In this document: in pieces, positions 43,283-54,607 of the stretch | Numbering within the stretch: position 1 is the first letter of the stretch | Layout of the letters: every line of letters starts with the position of its first letter | Assembly (NCBI GenBank): GCA_963662315.1 | Contig: OY759353.1 | Span: 4,576,001-4,640,000, forward strand | From: Geopsychrobacteraceae bacterium | GTDB lineage: Bacteria > Desulfobacterota > Desulfuromonadia > Desulfuromonadales > Geopsychrobacteraceae | Direction: 5' to 3' | Length of the DNA stretch: 64,000 bases | Translations under genes and position numbers: made by a program | The notes under the pieces: generated by a model | Database searches by the model: none | Told to the model about the DNA's origin: nothing | Seen by the model: the letters and a program-made list of their open reading frames with translations, nothing else

Positions 43283-43651
43283 ATGATCCAGATGCAATCG
43301 ATGCTTAGCGTTGCTGATAACTCAGGCGCAAAAAAGCTCTGCTGTATTAAGGTCCCAGGTGGATCTAAACGTAAATATGCCGGAATTGGCGACATTATCA
43401 TTTGTAGTGTTAAGGAAGCTTTGCCAAATTCCAAAGTTAAAAAAGGCGATGTTGTTCGTGCTGTTATTGTACGGACTGCAAAAGAGGTCGCACGTCCTGA
43501 CGGTTCTTTTATCCGTTTTGATACCAACTCTGCAGTTGTTGTCAATGCTGGTAACGAGCCAGTCGGCACACGTATTTTTGGACCAGTCGCCAGAGAATTG
43601 CGGGCCCGTCAATTTATGAAAATCGTCTCACTGGCCCCTGAAGTTTTATAA
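43283..43651 (+). CDS. rplN: 50S ribosomal protein L14
   Basis: [21 protein letters not shown]. Confidence 0.99.
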   Translation: MIQMQSMLSVADNSGAKKLCCIKVPGGSKRKYAGIGDIIICSVKEALPNSKVKKGDVVRAVIVRTAKEVARPDGSFIRFDTNSAVVVNAGNEPVGTRIFGPVARELRARQFMKIVSLAPEVL

Positions 43652-43677
43652 TCTTAGACTGTTGGAGAGTCAAAGCA

Positions 43678-44007
43678 ATGGCTAGTGTAAAGATGCATGT
43701 CAAAAAAGATGACATGGTTAAAGTTGTCGCTGGTAAAGAGCGTGGTAAGACTGCTAAAGTCCTGCGCGTTTTTCCGGAAAAGGGACGCGTCATCGTTGAA
43801 GGTCTCAACGTTGTCAAGCGTCACACCCGCCCGAGTCAGTTGAACCCCGAAGGTGGCATTGTTGAAAAGGAAGCTGCAATCAGCGCTTCTAATGTAATGC
43901 TCGTCTGTGGTTCTTGTAATGAAGCGACTCGCACTGGCGTACGGACCCTAGAGGATGGTAGCAAGTCTCGTTTTTGCAAGAAATGCAACGCGAGCGTAGA
44001 TAAATAA
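43678..44007 (+). CDS. rplX: 50S ribosomal protein L24
   Basis: KOW motif, [15 protein letters not shown]. Confidence 0.98.
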   Translation: MASVKMHVKKDDMVKVVAGKERGKTAKVLRVFPEKGRVIVEGLNVVKRHTRPSQLNPEGGIVEKEAAISASNVMLVCGSCNEATRTGVRTLEDGSKSRFCKKCNASVDK

Positions 44008-44018
44008 CGGAGATTTCA

Positions 44019-44558
44019 ATGGCCAGGTTGAAAGAGGCATATACTCAGGAGCAGATCCCTGCCCTGATGAAGGAGTTCCAATACCGTAACGTAATGGAAG
44101 TTCCAAAGATCGAGAAGGTGGTTCTGAATATGGGGCTCGGTGAAGCCATTCAGAATCCGAAGCTCCTGGAATCCGCTGTCCTGGAAATGGAACGTATTTC
44201 AGGTCAGAAGGCGGTAATTACCAAATCGAAAAAGTCGATTGCTGGATTCAAATTGCGTGAGGATATGTCGATCGGTGTCTGTGTGACCCTGAGACATGAT
44301 CGTGCTTGGGAGTTCCTTGATCGTCTCATTAATATTGCGTTGCCGCGCGTTCGTGATTTTAAAGGTGTCTCTCCGAAGGCTTTTGATGGTCGTGGAAACT
44401 ACACCCTCGGGATTCGTGAGCAATTGATTTTCCCAGAGATCGATCTGGATAAAATTGCCAAAATTTCGGGTTTAAATGTCACGATTGTAACGACGGCTAA
44501 GACTGATGAAGAGGGGCGTGCGTTGCTGTCTGGTATTGGCATGCCTTTTAGAAAATAA
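44019..44558 (+). CDS. rplE: 50S ribosomal protein L5
   Basis: [16 protein letters not shown]. Confidence 0.99.
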   Translation: MARLKEAYTQEQIPALMKEFQYRNVMEVPKIEKVVLNMGLGEAIQNPKLLESAVLEMERISGQKAVITKSKKSIAGFKLREDMSIGVCVTLRHDRAWEFLDRLINIALPRVRDFKGVSPKAFDGRGNYTLGIREQLIFPEIDLDKIAKISGLNVTIVTTAKTDEEGRALLSGIGMPFRK

Positions 44559-44577
44559 AGTTTAAGCGGAGGATATT

Positions 44578-44763
44578 GTGGCAAAAAAATCTATGATTGT
44601 TAAGGCGAAGCGGCCTAAAAAGTTCGCAGTTCGTGAGTATAATCGCTGTCCGATCTGCGGTCGCCCACGCGCCTATTATCGCAAGTTTGATATGTGCAGA
44701 ATTTGTCTTAGGAAACTGGCTTCAGAGGGAAAACTCCCCGGAGTTGTCAAGTCCAGCTGGTAA
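44578..44763 (+). CDS. rpsN: 30S ribosomal protein S14, type Z
   Basis: RCPICGRPR...CRICLR. Confidence 0.98.
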   Translation: MAKKSMIVKAKRPKKFAVREYNRCPICGRPRAYYRKFDMCRICLRKLASEGKLPGVVKSSW

Positions 44764-44784
44764 CAGCAAGAAGGAGTACCATTC

Positions 44785-45183
44785 ATGTCAATGACAGATC
44801 CAATAGCGGATATGCTAACTCGTATTCGTAATGCCGGTATGGCAGGTCATTCAAAGGTTGATGTCCCCTCAAGTAACGTTAAAACTGCCGTTGCTGCAGT
44901 TTTAAAAGACCTTGGTTATATCAAAAATCTCAAGCATGTATCTGATGGAAAGCAAGGTGTTTTGCGTATTTATCTGAAATACGACGATAACAACACGCCT
45001 GTTATTCATGAGATTAAGCGGGTGTCCACTCCTGGACGCCGTTTTTATGTTGGCAAGGGTGAAATCCCTGTGGTCAAAAATGGTCACGGTGCTTCAATTC
45101 TTTCGACCTCCAAAGGTGTCCTGGATGACGTTACCGCACGTAAGTCACAGGTTGGTGGCGAAGTAATTTGTACCGTTTGGTAA
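44785..45183 (+). CDS. rpsH: 30S ribosomal protein S8
   Basis: [25 protein letters not shown]. Confidence 0.99.
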   Translation: MSMTDPIADMLTRIRNAGMAGHSKVDVPSSNVKTAVAAVLKDLGYIKNLKHVSDGKQGVLRIYLKYDDNNTPVIHEIKRVSTPGRRFYVGKGEIPVVKNGHGASILSTSKGVLDDVTARKSQVGGEVICTVW

Positions 45184-45205
45184 CGGTAGATCGAGGAGTA
45201 GCAAA

Positions 45206-45745
45206 ATGTCACGTATCGGTAAATTACCAATTTCAATTCCGGCTGGTGTCAAAGTGGCACTTGACGGGAATGTTATGACCATAACCGGACCCAAAGGTAC
45301 CCTGTCTCAGGCATTGCATGAGCGTATGACCATCGGTGTTGAGGCTGAGCAAATCGTTGTCTCTCGTCCTACTGATGAGAAAAGCGATAGTGCCCTTCAT
45401 GGTCTGACCAGGTCATTGATTAATAATATGGTCGTTGGTGTTACTACTGGATTTCAGAAAGATCTCGAGATCAATGGTGTTGGTTACCGTGCTGAAATCA
45501 GTGGTAAGACACTGACTCTTTCTCTGGGCTATTCTCACCCTGTAGTTTATGAGTTGCCTGAAGGGATCAGCGTTGATGTTGAAAAGCAGACCAAGTTATC
45601 AATCAAAGGGATTGATAAGCAATTGGTTGGCTCCGCCGCTGCAAAGATTCGTTCCTTCAGGGCACCGGAACCATATAAGGGCAAGGGGATTAAATACGCC
45701 GATGAGCGTATTCTGCGTAAGGCTGGTAAGGCCGGTAAGAAATAA
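45206..45745 (+). CDS. rplF: 50S ribosomal protein L6
   Basis: [22 protein letters not shown]. Confidence 0.99.
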   Translation: MSRIGKLPISIPAGVKVALDGNVMTITGPKGTLSQALHERMTIGVEAEQIVVSRPTDEKSDSALHGLTRSLINNMVVGVTTGFQKDLEINGVGYRAEISGKTLTLSLGYSHPVVYELPEGISVDVEKQTKLSIKGIDKQLVGSAAAKIRSFRAPEPYKGKGIKYADERILRKAGKAGKK

Positions 45746-45761
45746 TTAAAGGAGCATAACT

Positions 45762-46124
45762 GTGGACGTTTCCCAAAAAAGACGTGTTGCCAGACTTAAA
45801 CGTCAGGCACGGGTTAGAAGAAAAATTCGTGGCACCACTGAATGCCCCCGGCTTTCTGTCTTCCGTAGTGCAAAGCATATTTACGCCCAGATCATCGAAG
45901 ATACAACCGGTCGTACTTTGGTTGCAGCTTCATCCGTAGGCAAAGATGTGGATTTGGCTAATGGTGGTAATGTGGAGGCCGCTAAGGCAGTTGGTAGTGC
46001 TGTCGCAAAAAAGGCGCTCGCTCAGAACATAACCAAAGTCGTATTTGACCGTAACGGTTTCCTGTACCAGGGGCGTGTTCAAGCACTCGCTGATGCTGCA
46101 CGGGAAGCCGGATTGAAGCTGTAG
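45762..46124 (+). CDS. rplR: 50S ribosomal protein L18
   Basis: [19 protein letters not shown]. Confidence 0.99.
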   Translation: MDVSQKRRVARLKRQARVRRKIRGTTECPRLSVFRSAKHIYAQIIEDTTGRTLVAASSVGKDVDLANGGNVEAAKAVGSAVAKKALAQNITKVVFDRNGFLYQGRVQALADAAREAGLKL

Positions 46125-46136
46125 AGGAGAAGATTA

Positions 46137-46628
46137 ATGCCGCGCATTGATCCTAATGAATTGGAATTGACCGATCGCGTTATTCATATTAACCGTAACG
46201 CTAAAGTTGTTAAGGGTGGTCGTCGTTTTAGCTTTTCAGCGCTGGTTGTTGTTGGCGATGGTGAAGGGCATGTCGGCTACGGACTTGGTAAAGCCAAGGA
46301 GGTACCTGAGGCGATCCGTAAGGGTGTTGAACAGGCCAAAAAGAGCTTGATCAAGGTCCCATTGCAGGAAGGCCGTACCATTCCTTATGACGTCCTTGGT
46401 AAGTATGGCGCAGGTAAGGTGCTTTTGAAGCCCGCTTCTGCTGGTACTGGCGTTATTGCCGGTGGGGCTGTGCGTCCGATTCTCGAAGCTGTCGGGGTCG
46501 GTAACATCCTTACCAAGTGCCTGGGCTCAAATAATCCGCATAACGTTGTCAAGGCAACGATCAATGCGTTGAAGATGCTTAAGAGCCCTGAAGAAATCTG
46601 TGCCCGCAGGGGCATTGAAAAAGACTAA
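46137..46628 (+). CDS. rpsE: 30S ribosomal protein S5
   Basis: [19 protein letters not shown]. Confidence 0.99.
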   Translation: MPRIDPNELELTDRVIHINRNAKVVKGGRRFSFSALVVVGDGEGHVGYGLGKAKEVPEAIRKGVEQAKKSLIKVPLQEGRTIPYDVLGKYGAGKVLLKPASAGTGVIAGGAVRPILEAVGVGNILTKCLGSNNPHNVVKATINALKMLKSPEEICARRGIEKD

Positions 46629-46651
46629 GGTACACTCAGGAGGATGCCGTT

Positions 46652-46831
46652 ATGGCTGCAGAAGTAAAAATCACTCTGAAGAAGAGCCCAATTGGCCGCA
46701 AAGAGTACTTTTCAAAAGTACTTAAGGGAATGGGTTTGACTCGTTTACACCAGACTGTCGTTTTGCAGGATACTCCCGAAATTCGTGGAATGATTCGCAA
46801 AGTTGAGCATATGGTTACAGTCGAAGACTGA
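46652..46831 (+). CDS. rpmD: 50S ribosomal protein L30 (below ORF-track cutoff)
   Basis: Translated by hand: MAAEVKITLKKSPIGRKEYFSKVLKGMGLTRLHQTVVLQDTPEIRGMIRKVEHMVTVED. Confidence 0.97.
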   Translation: MAAEVKITLKKSPIGRKEYFSKVLKGMGLTRLHQTVVLQDTPEIRGMIRKVEHMVTVED

Positions 46832-46852
46832 ACTAATTATAGAGGATAGACG

Positions 46853-47293
46853 ATGGATCTCAGTAATCTGAAACCGGCACTCGGTTCAACTAAAAGTAGA
46901 AAGCGTATTGGCCGTGGCCCAGGATCCGGCACCGGAAAGCAAGCTGGTAAAGGTCACAAAGGGCAGAAGGCTCGCAGTGGCGGAAGCATTAAGCCAGGTT
47001 TTGAAGGTGGTCAGATGCCACTTCAGCGCAGACTGCCGAAACGTGGTTTCGTTTCAACTAACAAGGTAGTTTACAACGTCATCAATCTGCGTGATCTTGA
47101 CGCCTTTGAGGCTGGCTCTGTTGTTGATCTTGAAGCTTACGCTAAGGCTGGCCTTGTTGGTGCGCTTAAAGATGGTGTTAAGGTTCTCGCTGATGGCGAG
47201 CTGACAAAAGCCTTGACCGTTCAGGCTCACAAGTTCAGCAAGGCTGCTGCAGATAAGATCGCGGCTGCCGGCGGTAAGGCCGAGGTTATCTAA
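46853..47293 (+). CDS. rplO: 50S ribosomal protein L15
   Basis: [18 protein letters not shown]. Confidence 0.99.
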   Translation: MDLSNLKPALGSTKSRKRIGRGPGSGTGKQAGKGHKGQKARSGGSIKPGFEGGQMPLQRRLPKRGFVSTNKVVYNVINLRDLDAFEAGSVVDLEAYAKAGLVGALKDGVKVLADGELTKALTVQAHKFSKAAADKIAAAGGKAEVI

Positions 47294-47295
47294 GC

Positions 47296-48603
47296 ATGTC
47301 GACATTGCAGAACATACTAGCGATTCCTGAATTAAGACGGCGTATACTTTTCACCTTGACGATGCTTGCTGTGTATCGGGTGGGTTGTCATGTGCCAACC
47401 CCCGGTATTGACGCACATGTTCTTGCTAAGTTCTTTGAAGGTTCTGAGGGGACGCTGTTGGGTCTGGTCAGTGCTTTCACTGGTGGCGCTCTTAAGCAGA
47501 TGGCTGTATTTGCACTTGGGATTATGCCATATATAAGTGCTTCCATTATTCTGCAATTATTGACAGTGGTTTTTGAACCGATCGAGAAGCTTTCCAAGGA
47601 AGGCGAACAGGGTCGTAAGAAGATTACTGAATATACTCGGTATGGTACTATTTTGCTGGCAGTTATCCAGGGGGTCGGTATTGCTTCCGGCCTGCAGTCA
47701 ATGGTTGGTCCTGCAGGAGAACCCGTAGTCCCGAATCCGGGTATCGGTTTTATTCTGATGACAGTTATCACGTTGACGGCTGGTACAGCCTTCATTATGT
47801 GGCTTGGTGAGCAAATTACTGAGCGCGGTATCGGCAATGGTATCTCATTGATTATCTTTGCCGGTATCGTTGCTGGTATGCCTTCAGCCATTGTCAATTC
47901 AATCAGACTGGTTGATACCGGAGCTATGACCGTTACGACAGTTGTTTTTATTCTGGCTCTGATGCTGGTTACTGTAGCTGCCATTGTTTTTATCGAGCGT
48001 GCGCAGCGCCGTGTGCCCGTCCATTACGCTAAGCGTGTGGTTGGTATGCGTAATATGGGTGGGCAGGCAAGCCATTTACCCCTCAAAATCAATATGAGTG
48101 GCGTTATTCCGCCGATATTTGCCAGCTCAATAATGATGTTTCCTGCGACTATAGCGAATTTCATCGATGTTCCATGGGTAAAGACCGTCGCTGGCTATAT
48201 GGGTCCTGGACACATTGTGTATAATCTTTTTTATATTGCATTTATCGTGTTCTTTTGCTACTTCTACACGGCTATAACATTTAATCCCGTAAATGTGGCT
48301 GAGAATGTGAAAAATCAAGGTGGGTTCATTCCGGGTATACGTCCTGGTAAGGAAACTGCCAACTATCTTGACACCGTACTTGGACGTCTTACCTTTGTCG
48401 GTGCCATCTATATTTCAATCGTCTGTGTTTTGCCAACGGTTTTAATCAGTCAGCTTAATGTTCCATTCTTTTTCGGTGGTACTTCTCTTCTGATTGTTGT
48501 TGGCGTCGGCATGGATACGGCTTCCCAGATAGAGGCACATCTTATTTCCCGGTCTTATGAAGGGTTTATGAAGGGTGTTACTCTTAAGGGACGGCATGGT
48601 TAG
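47296..48603 (+). CDS. secY: Preprotein translocase SecY
   Basis: LGIMPYISASII, GIGNGISLII, FIPGIRPG, FGGTSLLI. Confidence 0.99.
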   Translation: MSTLQNILAIPELRRRILFTLTMLAVYRVGCHVPTPGIDAHVLAKFFEGSEGTLLGLVSAFTGGALKQMAVFALGIMPYISASIILQLLTVVFEPIEKLSKEGEQGRKKITEYTRYGTILLAVIQGVGIASGLQSMVGPAGEPVVPNPGIGFILMTVITLTAGTAFIMWLGEQITERGIGNGISLIIFAGIVAGMPSAIVNSIRLVDTGAMTVTTVVFILALMLVTVAAIVFIERAQRRVPVHYAKRVVGMRNMGGQASHLPLKINMSGVIPPIFASSIMMFPATIANFIDVPWVKTVAGYMGPGHIVYNLFYIAFIVFFCYFYTAITFNPVNVAENVKNQGGFIPGIRPGKETANYLDTVLGRLTFVGAIYISIVCVLPTVLISQLNVPFFFGGTSLLIVVGVGMDTASQIEAHLISRSYEGFMKGVTLKGRHG

Positions 48604-48611
48604 GAAATAGG

Positions 48612-49262
48612 ATGAAAATTATTTTGTTAGGCCCCCCAGGAGCAGGCAAGGGGACTCAATCTGCTTATCTTGTTGAGCGTTTCGGTATACCGCAAATCTC
48701 TACTGGAGATATGTTGCGGGCTGCTGTAAAAGCACAAACTCCGATGGGTATTAAGGCCAAAGATTGCATGGATTCGGGGGCTTTGGTTCCTGATGATGTG
48801 GTTGTGGGTATTGTGCGTGAGCGCTTGCAGCAGGCTGATTGTGGATCCGGATTTATCCTTGATGGTTTTCCGCGTACGATTCCTCAGGCCGAAGCGTTGA
48901 ATAATGTTCTTGCTGATCTGGGAAAAAGTCTTGACGCAGTGGTGTCTTTAACTGTAGACTCCGAGGCTTTGGTCGGTCGATTGACGGGGCGTCGTACTTG
49001 TCGTCAGTGTGGTAAGGGGTATCATGTCTCTTTTGATCCGCCTGCAGCTGATGGTTCGTGCTCTGCTTGTGGTGGTACGCTGGTTCAGCGTGACGATGAC
49101 AAGGAGGAGACTATTCGTCATCGTCTGCAGGTTTATGTCGAGCAGACGGCTCCGTTGGAAAAATATTATGATGAGCTCGGATTGTTGAAGTCAGTTGATG
49201 GTATGGCTGACATCAAGGATGTTCAGAATGCTATCGTGTCTGCGTTGCAGGGTGATCAGTGA
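48612..49262 (+). CDS. adk: Adenylate kinase (Zn-LID)
   Basis: GPPGAGKGTQ, LDGFPRT, CRQC...CSAC. Confidence 0.98.
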   Translation: MKIILLGPPGAGKGTQSAYLVERFGIPQISTGDMLRAAVKAQTPMGIKAKDCMDSGALVPDDVVVGIVRERLQQADCGSGFILDGFPRTIPQAEALNNVLADLGKSLDAVVSLTVDSEALVGRLTGRRTCRQCGKGYHVSFDPPAADGSCSACGGTLVQRDDDKEETIRHRLQVYVEQTAPLEKYYDELGLLKSVDGMADIKDVQNAIVSALQGDQ

Positions 49263-50005
49263 TCGTTGTCAAGTCTCAGAGCGAACTGAAAAAGATGCGT
49301 GTTTCCGGGCGCATGGTTGGCGAAATTCTTGAGCTTTTGCGTAGTACTATTCGGCCAGGCGTCACGACATTCGAGCTTGATGCTCTTGCTGAGAAAGAAT
49401 GTAAAAAACGGAAAGCCAGGCCTGCTTTTAAGGGCTATGGCGGTTTTCCATTTACTATATGCTCGTCCCCTAACGATCGGGTTGTTCATGGTTTTGCTAA
49501 TCATGATGCGTTAAAAGAAGGCGATATCATCAGCATTGATTTTGGCGTAATTTATGATGGTTTTTACGGGGACTCTGCTATCACGGTTCCGGTCGGAGTT
49601 GTTTCACCTGAGGTTGCACGGCTTCTTGATGTGACAGAGGTATCTTTATATAAAGGTATTGATGCTGCTCAGGCCGGTGGTTTTCTTTCAGATATAGGGC
49701 ACGCGGTTCAGGAGTATGTGGAAGCTGCTGGATTTAGCGTTGTCAGGGAATTTGTAGGTCACGGTATCGGTAGAAACCTGCATGAGGATCCTCAGATTCC
49801 CAATTACGGCCGCCCCGGTAAGGGCCCCAAGTTGAAGCCTGGTATGACGTTAGCTATCGAGCCGATGGTTAATGTTGGTTTGCCGGGCGTAAAAGTGCTT
49901 GAAGACGGATGGACTGCTGTCACTGTTGATGGTCAGTTCTCTGCTCATTTTGAGCATACTGTTGCAGTTACAGATAACGGGCCGGAGATTCTGACTCAAG
50001 TGTAA
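49259..50005 (+). CDS. map: Methionine aminopeptidase type I
   Basis: GHGIGRNLHEDP, AIEPM, SAHFEHT. Confidence 0.98.
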   Translation: MIVVKSQSELKKMRVSGRMVGEILELLRSTIRPGVTTFELDALAEKECKKRKARPAFKGYGGFPFTICSSPNDRVVHGFANHDALKEGDIISIDFGVIYDGFYGDSAITVPVGVVSPEVARLLDVTEVSLYKGIDAAQAGGFLSDIGHAVQEYVEAAGFSVVREFVGHGIGRNLHEDPQIPNYGRPGKGPKLKPGMTLAIEPMVNVGLPGVKVLEDGWTAVTVDGQFSAHFEHTVAVTDNGPEILTQV

Positions 50006-50056
50006 GGGTCAGGTCAAAAGCCGCTTTGATTCGTAAAGATAGAAAAGGATCTCAAA

Positions 50057-50170
50057 ATGAAGGTAAGAGCTTCGGTAAAGAAGATCTGTGATAAGTGTAA
50101 AGTTATTAAACGTAAAGGTGTTATCCGGATCATCTGCGAGAATCCCAAACACAAGCAAAGACAGGGATAA
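50057..50170 (+). CDS. rpmJ: 50S ribosomal protein L36 (below ORF-track cutoff)
   Basis: Translated by hand: [37 protein letters not shown]. Confidence 0.97.
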   Translation: MKVRASVKKICDKCKVIKRKGVIRIICENPKHKQRQG

Positions 50171-50187
50171 GGCCCTAGGAGGAAAAA

Positions 50188-50556
50188 TTGGCACGTATTG
50201 CTGGAGTCGATTTGCCGCGTAACAAGCGGATTGAAGTGGCCATGACCTATGTTTACGGGATTGGTCGCACTACGTCTCAACAGGTTTTAAATCAGGCCGG
50301 GGTGGATTTTAATACCCGTACTGATGATCTGACTGAGGCTGAGTTGGCAAAAATTCGTGAAATCATCGATAAGGATGTTCGTGTAGAAGGTGATCTTCGC
50401 CGCGAAATTACTATGAACATCAAACGTTTGATGGATCTTGGTTGCTATAGAGGCTTACGTCATCGTCGTAGTCTGCCGGTTCGTGGTCAAAATACCAAGA
50501 ATAATTCACGTACTCGCAAGGGACCTAAAAAGACCGTTGCTGGTAAGAAAAAATAA
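50188..50556 (+). CDS. rpsM: 30S ribosomal protein S13
   Basis: [20 protein letters not shown]. Confidence 0.99.
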   Translation: MARIAGVDLPRNKRIEVAMTYVYGIGRTTSQQVLNQAGVDFNTRTDDLTEAELAKIREIIDKDVRVEGDLRREITMNIKRLMDLGCYRGLRHRRSLPVRGQNTKNNSRTRKGPKKTVAGKKK

Positions 50557-50567
50557 GCGGAGTAGTC

Positions 50568-50963
50568 ATGGCTAAAGCAGGTAAAAAAGTTGTTCGCAAA
50601 AAAGTTGAGAAAAAGAACATTGCTAAAGGTGTTGTTCATATTCAATCAACTTTTAACAATACTATTGTGACCATCTGTGATCCCGTAGGTAACGTTGTTG
50701 CTTGGTCTACATCTGGTGCAAAAGGCTTCAAGGGATCTCGTAAGAGTACTCCATTCGCTGCTCAGATGGCAGCCGAAGAAGCTGCTACCAAGGCTATGGA
50801 ACATGGCATGCGCTCTGTTGAGGCTTATGTAAAAGGGCCCGGAAGTGGTCGTGAGTCCGCTTTGCGAGCACTTTCTTTAGCTGGTTTAACAGTCACGATG
50901 ATTAAAGACGTTACGCCGATTCCGCATAATGGCTGCCGTCCGCCTAAGCGCCGTCGCGTATAA
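50568..50963 (+). CDS. rpsK: 30S ribosomal protein S11
   Basis: [24 protein letters not shown]. Confidence 0.99.
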   Translation: MAKAGKKVVRKKVEKKNIAKGVVHIQSTFNNTIVTICDPVGNVVAWSTSGAKGFKGSRKSTPFAAQMAAEEAATKAMEHGMRSVEAYVKGPGSGRESALRALSLAGLTVTMIKDVTPIPHNGCRPPKRRRV

Positions 50964-50980
50964 GCAACAAGGAGGAAAAG

Positions 50981-51610
50981 TTGTCTAGGTATTCAGGTCC
51001 AGTATGCCGTCAATGCAGAAGAGAAAACGCTAAGCTGTTCCTTAAGGGGGATCGCTGTTATACAGATAAATGTGCTCTAGAGCGTCGTAATTATGCTCCT
51101 GGTCAGCACGGTCAGCGTCGTCCTAAATTGTCCGATTATGGTGTGCAGCTGCGTGAAAAACAAAAAGCTAAACGTACCTATGGTCTGCAAGAAAAGCAGT
51201 TCCGTTTGTACTTCAAGAAAGCTGACCGGATGAAGGGCGTCACAGGTGAAAACTTGTTGATGCTGCTGGAAAGACGTCTTGATAGCATCGTCTATCGGCT
51301 CGGTTTTGCAGGTTCTCGTGCTCAGGCTCGTACACTTGTTCGTCACGGACATTTTCTGGTTAACGATCAGAAGGTTAATGTTCCATCATTCCTGGTTCGT
51401 CCAAATGATGTCGTTAGTCTGCGTGAAAAAAGCCGCGAGGTTGCTTGTATTAATGAGTCACTCGACAGTGTCATGCGTCGTGGGGTTCCTTCTTGGGTTG
51501 AGCTTGATCGCGATGCCTTCAAAGGTACCATCAAAGCGTTGCCGGTACGTAGTGAGTTGACAACTCCTGAGTTCCAGGAACAATTGATTGTCGAACTCTA
51601 CTCCAAGTAA
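50981..51610 (+). CDS. rpsD: 30S ribosomal protein S4
   Basis: CRQCRRE, LERRLD, VELYSK. Confidence 0.99.
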   Translation: MSRYSGPVCRQCRRENAKLFLKGDRCYTDKCALERRNYAPGQHGQRRPKLSDYGVQLREKQKAKRTYGLQEKQFRLYFKKADRMKGVTGENLLMLLERRLDSIVYRLGFAGSRAQARTLVRHGHFLVNDQKVNVPSFLVRPNDVVSLREKSREVACINESLDSVMRRGVPSWVELDRDAFKGTIKALPVRSELTTPEFQEQLIVELYSK

Positions 51611-51649
51611 TTAATCCCGTAAGGGTCTCTTGAGAGGGAGAATCAATTT

Positions 51650-52660
51650 ATGTATAAAAATTGGAGGGATCTGATCAAACCCAAGCGTGTTGAAGGCGTT
51701 GATTTGTCAGATTCTTACGGTAAATTCGTTGCAGAGCCTTTTGAACGTGGTTTCGGAACAACGCTTGGCAACTCCCTGCGTCGGGTTCTGTTGTCCTCGC
51801 TTCAGGGTGCAGCTATTACCTCGGTGCGTATTAAGAACGTTCAGCACGAATTCTCCAGCATTGTTGGAGTGACCGAAGATGTTACCGATATTATTCTTAA
51901 TCTTAAGGGTGTTAAGGTTCTTCTTCATGGGCATGATTCACGTAACGTCAGAATTGTAAAGAAGGGTGCCGGTGTTATTAAAGCCTCTGACATCATTACT
52001 GACAGTAACGTAGAAATTCTGAACGGTGATCATTATATCGCTACATGTGGTGATGAAACTGATCTTGAAATTGATATGACCGTTGCCATGGGCAAGGGGT
52101 ATGTCAGTGCAGATAAAAATAGGGATGAAAACGCTCCTGTTGGAACAATTCCAATTGACGCTATTTTCTCTCCTATTACCAAGGTCAATTTTAATGTATC
52201 GAATGCTCGTGTTGGTCAGATTACCGATTATGATAAATTGACTCTGGATGTTCATACTGATGGTAGCGTTCGTCCTGAGGATGCCGTTGCTTATGCTGCT
52301 AAGATTCTGAAGGAGCAACTTCAGATTTTCATCAATTTTGATGAAACTGAAGAGCCTGTGGTTCAGGAAGAAGAGGACGAAAAACAGAAGATCAACGAGA
52401 ATCTCTATCGTTCCGTCGAAGAGCTTGAGTTGTCTGTTCGTAGTGCCAACTGCCTTAAGAATGCGCAGATTAATCTTATCGGCGAGTTGGTCCAGAAGAC
52501 TGAGGCTGAAATGCTTAAAACTCAGAACTTTGGCCGTAAATCACTTAACGAGATTAAGGATATTCTGTCCGAGATGGGCCTCAGTCTTGGTATGAAACTT
52601 GAGACCTTCCCCGATCCCGAATACCTGAAATTGATTCAAAAAGGTCAGGACGAAGAATAA
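51650..52660 (+). CDS. rpoA: RNA polymerase alpha subunit
   Basis: [38 protein letters not shown]. Confidence 0.99.
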   Translation: MYKNWRDLIKPKRVEGVDLSDSYGKFVAEPFERGFGTTLGNSLRRVLLSSLQGAAITSVRIKNVQHEFSSIVGVTEDVTDIILNLKGVKVLLHGHDSRNVRIVKKGAGVIKASDIITDSNVEILNGDHYIATCGDETDLEIDMTVAMGKGYVSADKNRDENAPVGTIPIDAIFSPITKVNFNVSNARVGQITDYDKLTLDVHTDGSVRPEDAVAYAAKILKEQLQIFINFDETEEPVVQEEEDEKQKINENLYRSVEELELSVRSANCLKNAQINLIGELVQKTEAEMLKTQNFGRKSLNEIKDILSEMGLSLGMKLETFPDPEYLKLIQKGQDEE

Positions 52661-52697
52661 TCCGCCTTTTATTGGTTTTTAGAAAGGAACGAGAGCA

Positions 52698-53105
52698 ATG
52701 CGCCACAATAAAACTGGTAGACGTTTGGGTCGTAAACCCGACCATCGTCAGCATATGATGCATAACATGGTAACGTCTTTTTTTCAGAGTGAAAAAATTA
52801 CGACTACTGTAACGCGTGCAAAAGAACTTCGTAAACTCGTTGATCGAATGATTACTCTCGGAAAGCGCGGTGATTTGCATGCACGTCGCCAGGCTCTCCA
52901 GGTTATTCGTGATCCTCAGGCTGTTGCAAAGCTTTTTGAGATGATTGCACCGCGTTATTCTAATCGTCCTGGTGGTTATACAAGAATCATTCGTCTTGAG
53001 AACCGTCTGGGAGACAATGCTCCAATGGCAATTATTGAACTTGTTGAAGAAGGTTTTGTTCCTTCTGGAAGCGAGACCGTTGCCGAGGCTACTGTTGCTG
53101 AATAA
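52698..53105 (+). CDS. rplQ: 50S ribosomal protein L17
   Basis: [26 protein letters not shown]. Confidence 0.99.
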   Translation: MRHNKTGRRLGRKPDHRQHMMHNMVTSFFQSEKITTTVTRAKELRKLVDRMITLGKRGDLHARRQALQVIRDPQAVAKLFEMIAPRYSNRPGGYTRIIRLENRLGDNAPMAIIELVEEGFVPSGSETVAEATVAE

Positions 53106-53136
53106 CTGAAGCATCATCGAAGTCATTAGGTTTGTT

Positions 53137-53170
53137 AAAAAGAGCAAGATTATTCTTGCTCTTTTTTTTT
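53137..53170 (+). terminator. Intrinsic terminator of the alpha operon
   Basis: aaaaagagcaaga-tta-ttcttgctc followed by T9. Confidence 0.85.
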
Positions 53171-53248
53171 GTCCTGTGTTTGACTGCCTGTTTATGGGAT
53201 GGTACGTTTTTCTCGTTTTATTCCTGGTATTCTTTTATGGAGCTTTCT

Positions 53249-54607
53249 ATGCATGAACAAAAAATCCAGGTCCTGTATGGTACCGTCAGTAAATTGCTCA
53301 GACGTGGTGCTGTTTCTCATTTGAAAAAAGCTCTTGGGAAAATCCACCCTGCCGATATCGCTCATCTGTTTAGATATTTTGATTTAAATCAGCAAAAAGC
53401 ATTATTGGATCTTATTCCTGAAACCAAACAGGCAGCAGAAGTTCTTTCTGAGCTTGAGTCTGATACCTGGCCGACCTTAGCTCGTATGTTGGATAAAGAG
53501 CGTTTGCTCGCTATTGTCCACGAAATGGCCGACGATGACAGTGCATTGTTTATTCGTAGTCTTTCTGAAGAGTTAGCAGAGGAAATACTCACGGATCTTA
53601 AAGATGAACAGTCTGAAGATGTCGAACGACTATTGGGTTATGATGAAGACACTGCCGGTGGCATCATGTCTACGGAAGTGTTCTCTCTTGACCAGGATAT
53701 GACTGTCCGTGAGGCTATTTCTGCCCTTCAGGATTCTGAAGACTATGAAATGGTCTTCTATGTTTATGTGACCGATGAGCATAATCATCTTGTTGGTGTT
53801 TTGTCTTTGCGTCAGTTGTTGACGGTTTCACCGATTACCAGGCTTTGCGATATTATGAGTACTAACGTTTTACGCGTTCGTACTGACATGGATCAGGAGG
53901 ATGTTGCTGAACTTGTAGCAAAGTATAATATCTTAGCGATTCCCGTCGTTGACGATCATGGGAAACTGATGGGCCTTATTACCGTTGATGATGTTATTGA
54001 TGTTATGCGTGAAGAGGCCGATGAAGATATTCTGCGTATGGCCGGAACCAGCGAAGAAGAATTGTTGCTTGGCTATAAATCCCTCAAGATTGCTCAACTG
54101 CGTCTGCCCTGGTTGCTTACCACCTTATTGGGAGGTGTGGTTACCGGGACCCTGATGTGGTATTTTCGCGCGACTCTCGAGCAGGTTATTATGCTGATTT
54201 CATTTATTCCGGTCATTACCGGGATGGGTGGTAATGTCGGAGGGCAGACTTCGACTATCATAGTGCGTGGTTTCGCCACGGGTCGGATTGAGTTCTCCAT
54301 GCTGAAACAGGTCTTTTTGAAGGAGCTAAGGGTAGGATTGCTTATGGGCTCTGTGTGTGGCCTGGTTATCGCACTGGTTGCGATGATCTGGCACCATAAT
54401 GTGTACTTAGGTCTGGTTGTCGGTCTGGCGATGGTAACGGCTATAACCGTTGCCGCATGTATGGGGGTTATTGTTACGGCATTTTTCAAAAAAGTCGGAA
54501 TCGATCCGGCTATTGCTTCGAGTCCTTTTGTCCAGACCGTTAATGATATAACCGGAATTTTGATCTATTTCAGTACCGCTACTGTTTTCCTTCAATATTT
54601 AGTCTGA
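53249..54607 (+). CDS. mgtE: Magnesium transporter MgtE
   Basis: HPADIA, TAGGIM, CBS pair, ITVDDVIDV, RLPWL, GGNVGGQ, DPAIASSP; ATG 53249 with GGAG. Confidence 0.95.
   Translation: MHEQKIQVLYGTVSKLLRRGAVSHLKKALGKIHPADIAHLFRYFDLNQQKALLDLIPETKQAAEVLSELESDTWPTLARMLDKERLLAIVHEMADDDSALFIRSLSEELAEEILTDLKDEQSEDVERLLGYDEDTAGGIMSTEVFSLDQDMTVREAISALQDSEDYEMVFYVYVTDEHNHLVGVLSLRQLLTVSPITRLCDIMSTNVLRVRTDMDQEDVAELVAKYNILAIPVVDDHGKLMGLITVDDVIDVMREEADEDILRMAGTSEEELLLGYKSLKIAQLRLPWLLTTLLGGVVTGTLMWYFRATLEQVIMLISFIPVITGMGGNVGGQTSTIIVRGFATGRIEFSMLKQVFLKELRVGLLMGSVCGLVIALVAMIWHHNVYLGLVVGLAMVTAITVAACMGVIVTAFFKKVGIDPAIASSPFVQTVNDITGILIYFSTATVFLQYLV

Noticed and set aside
53132..53248. Hydrophobic N-terminal extension of MgtE in the ORF track
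   Set aside because: Runs through the rplQ terminator; a better start with RBS is at 53249
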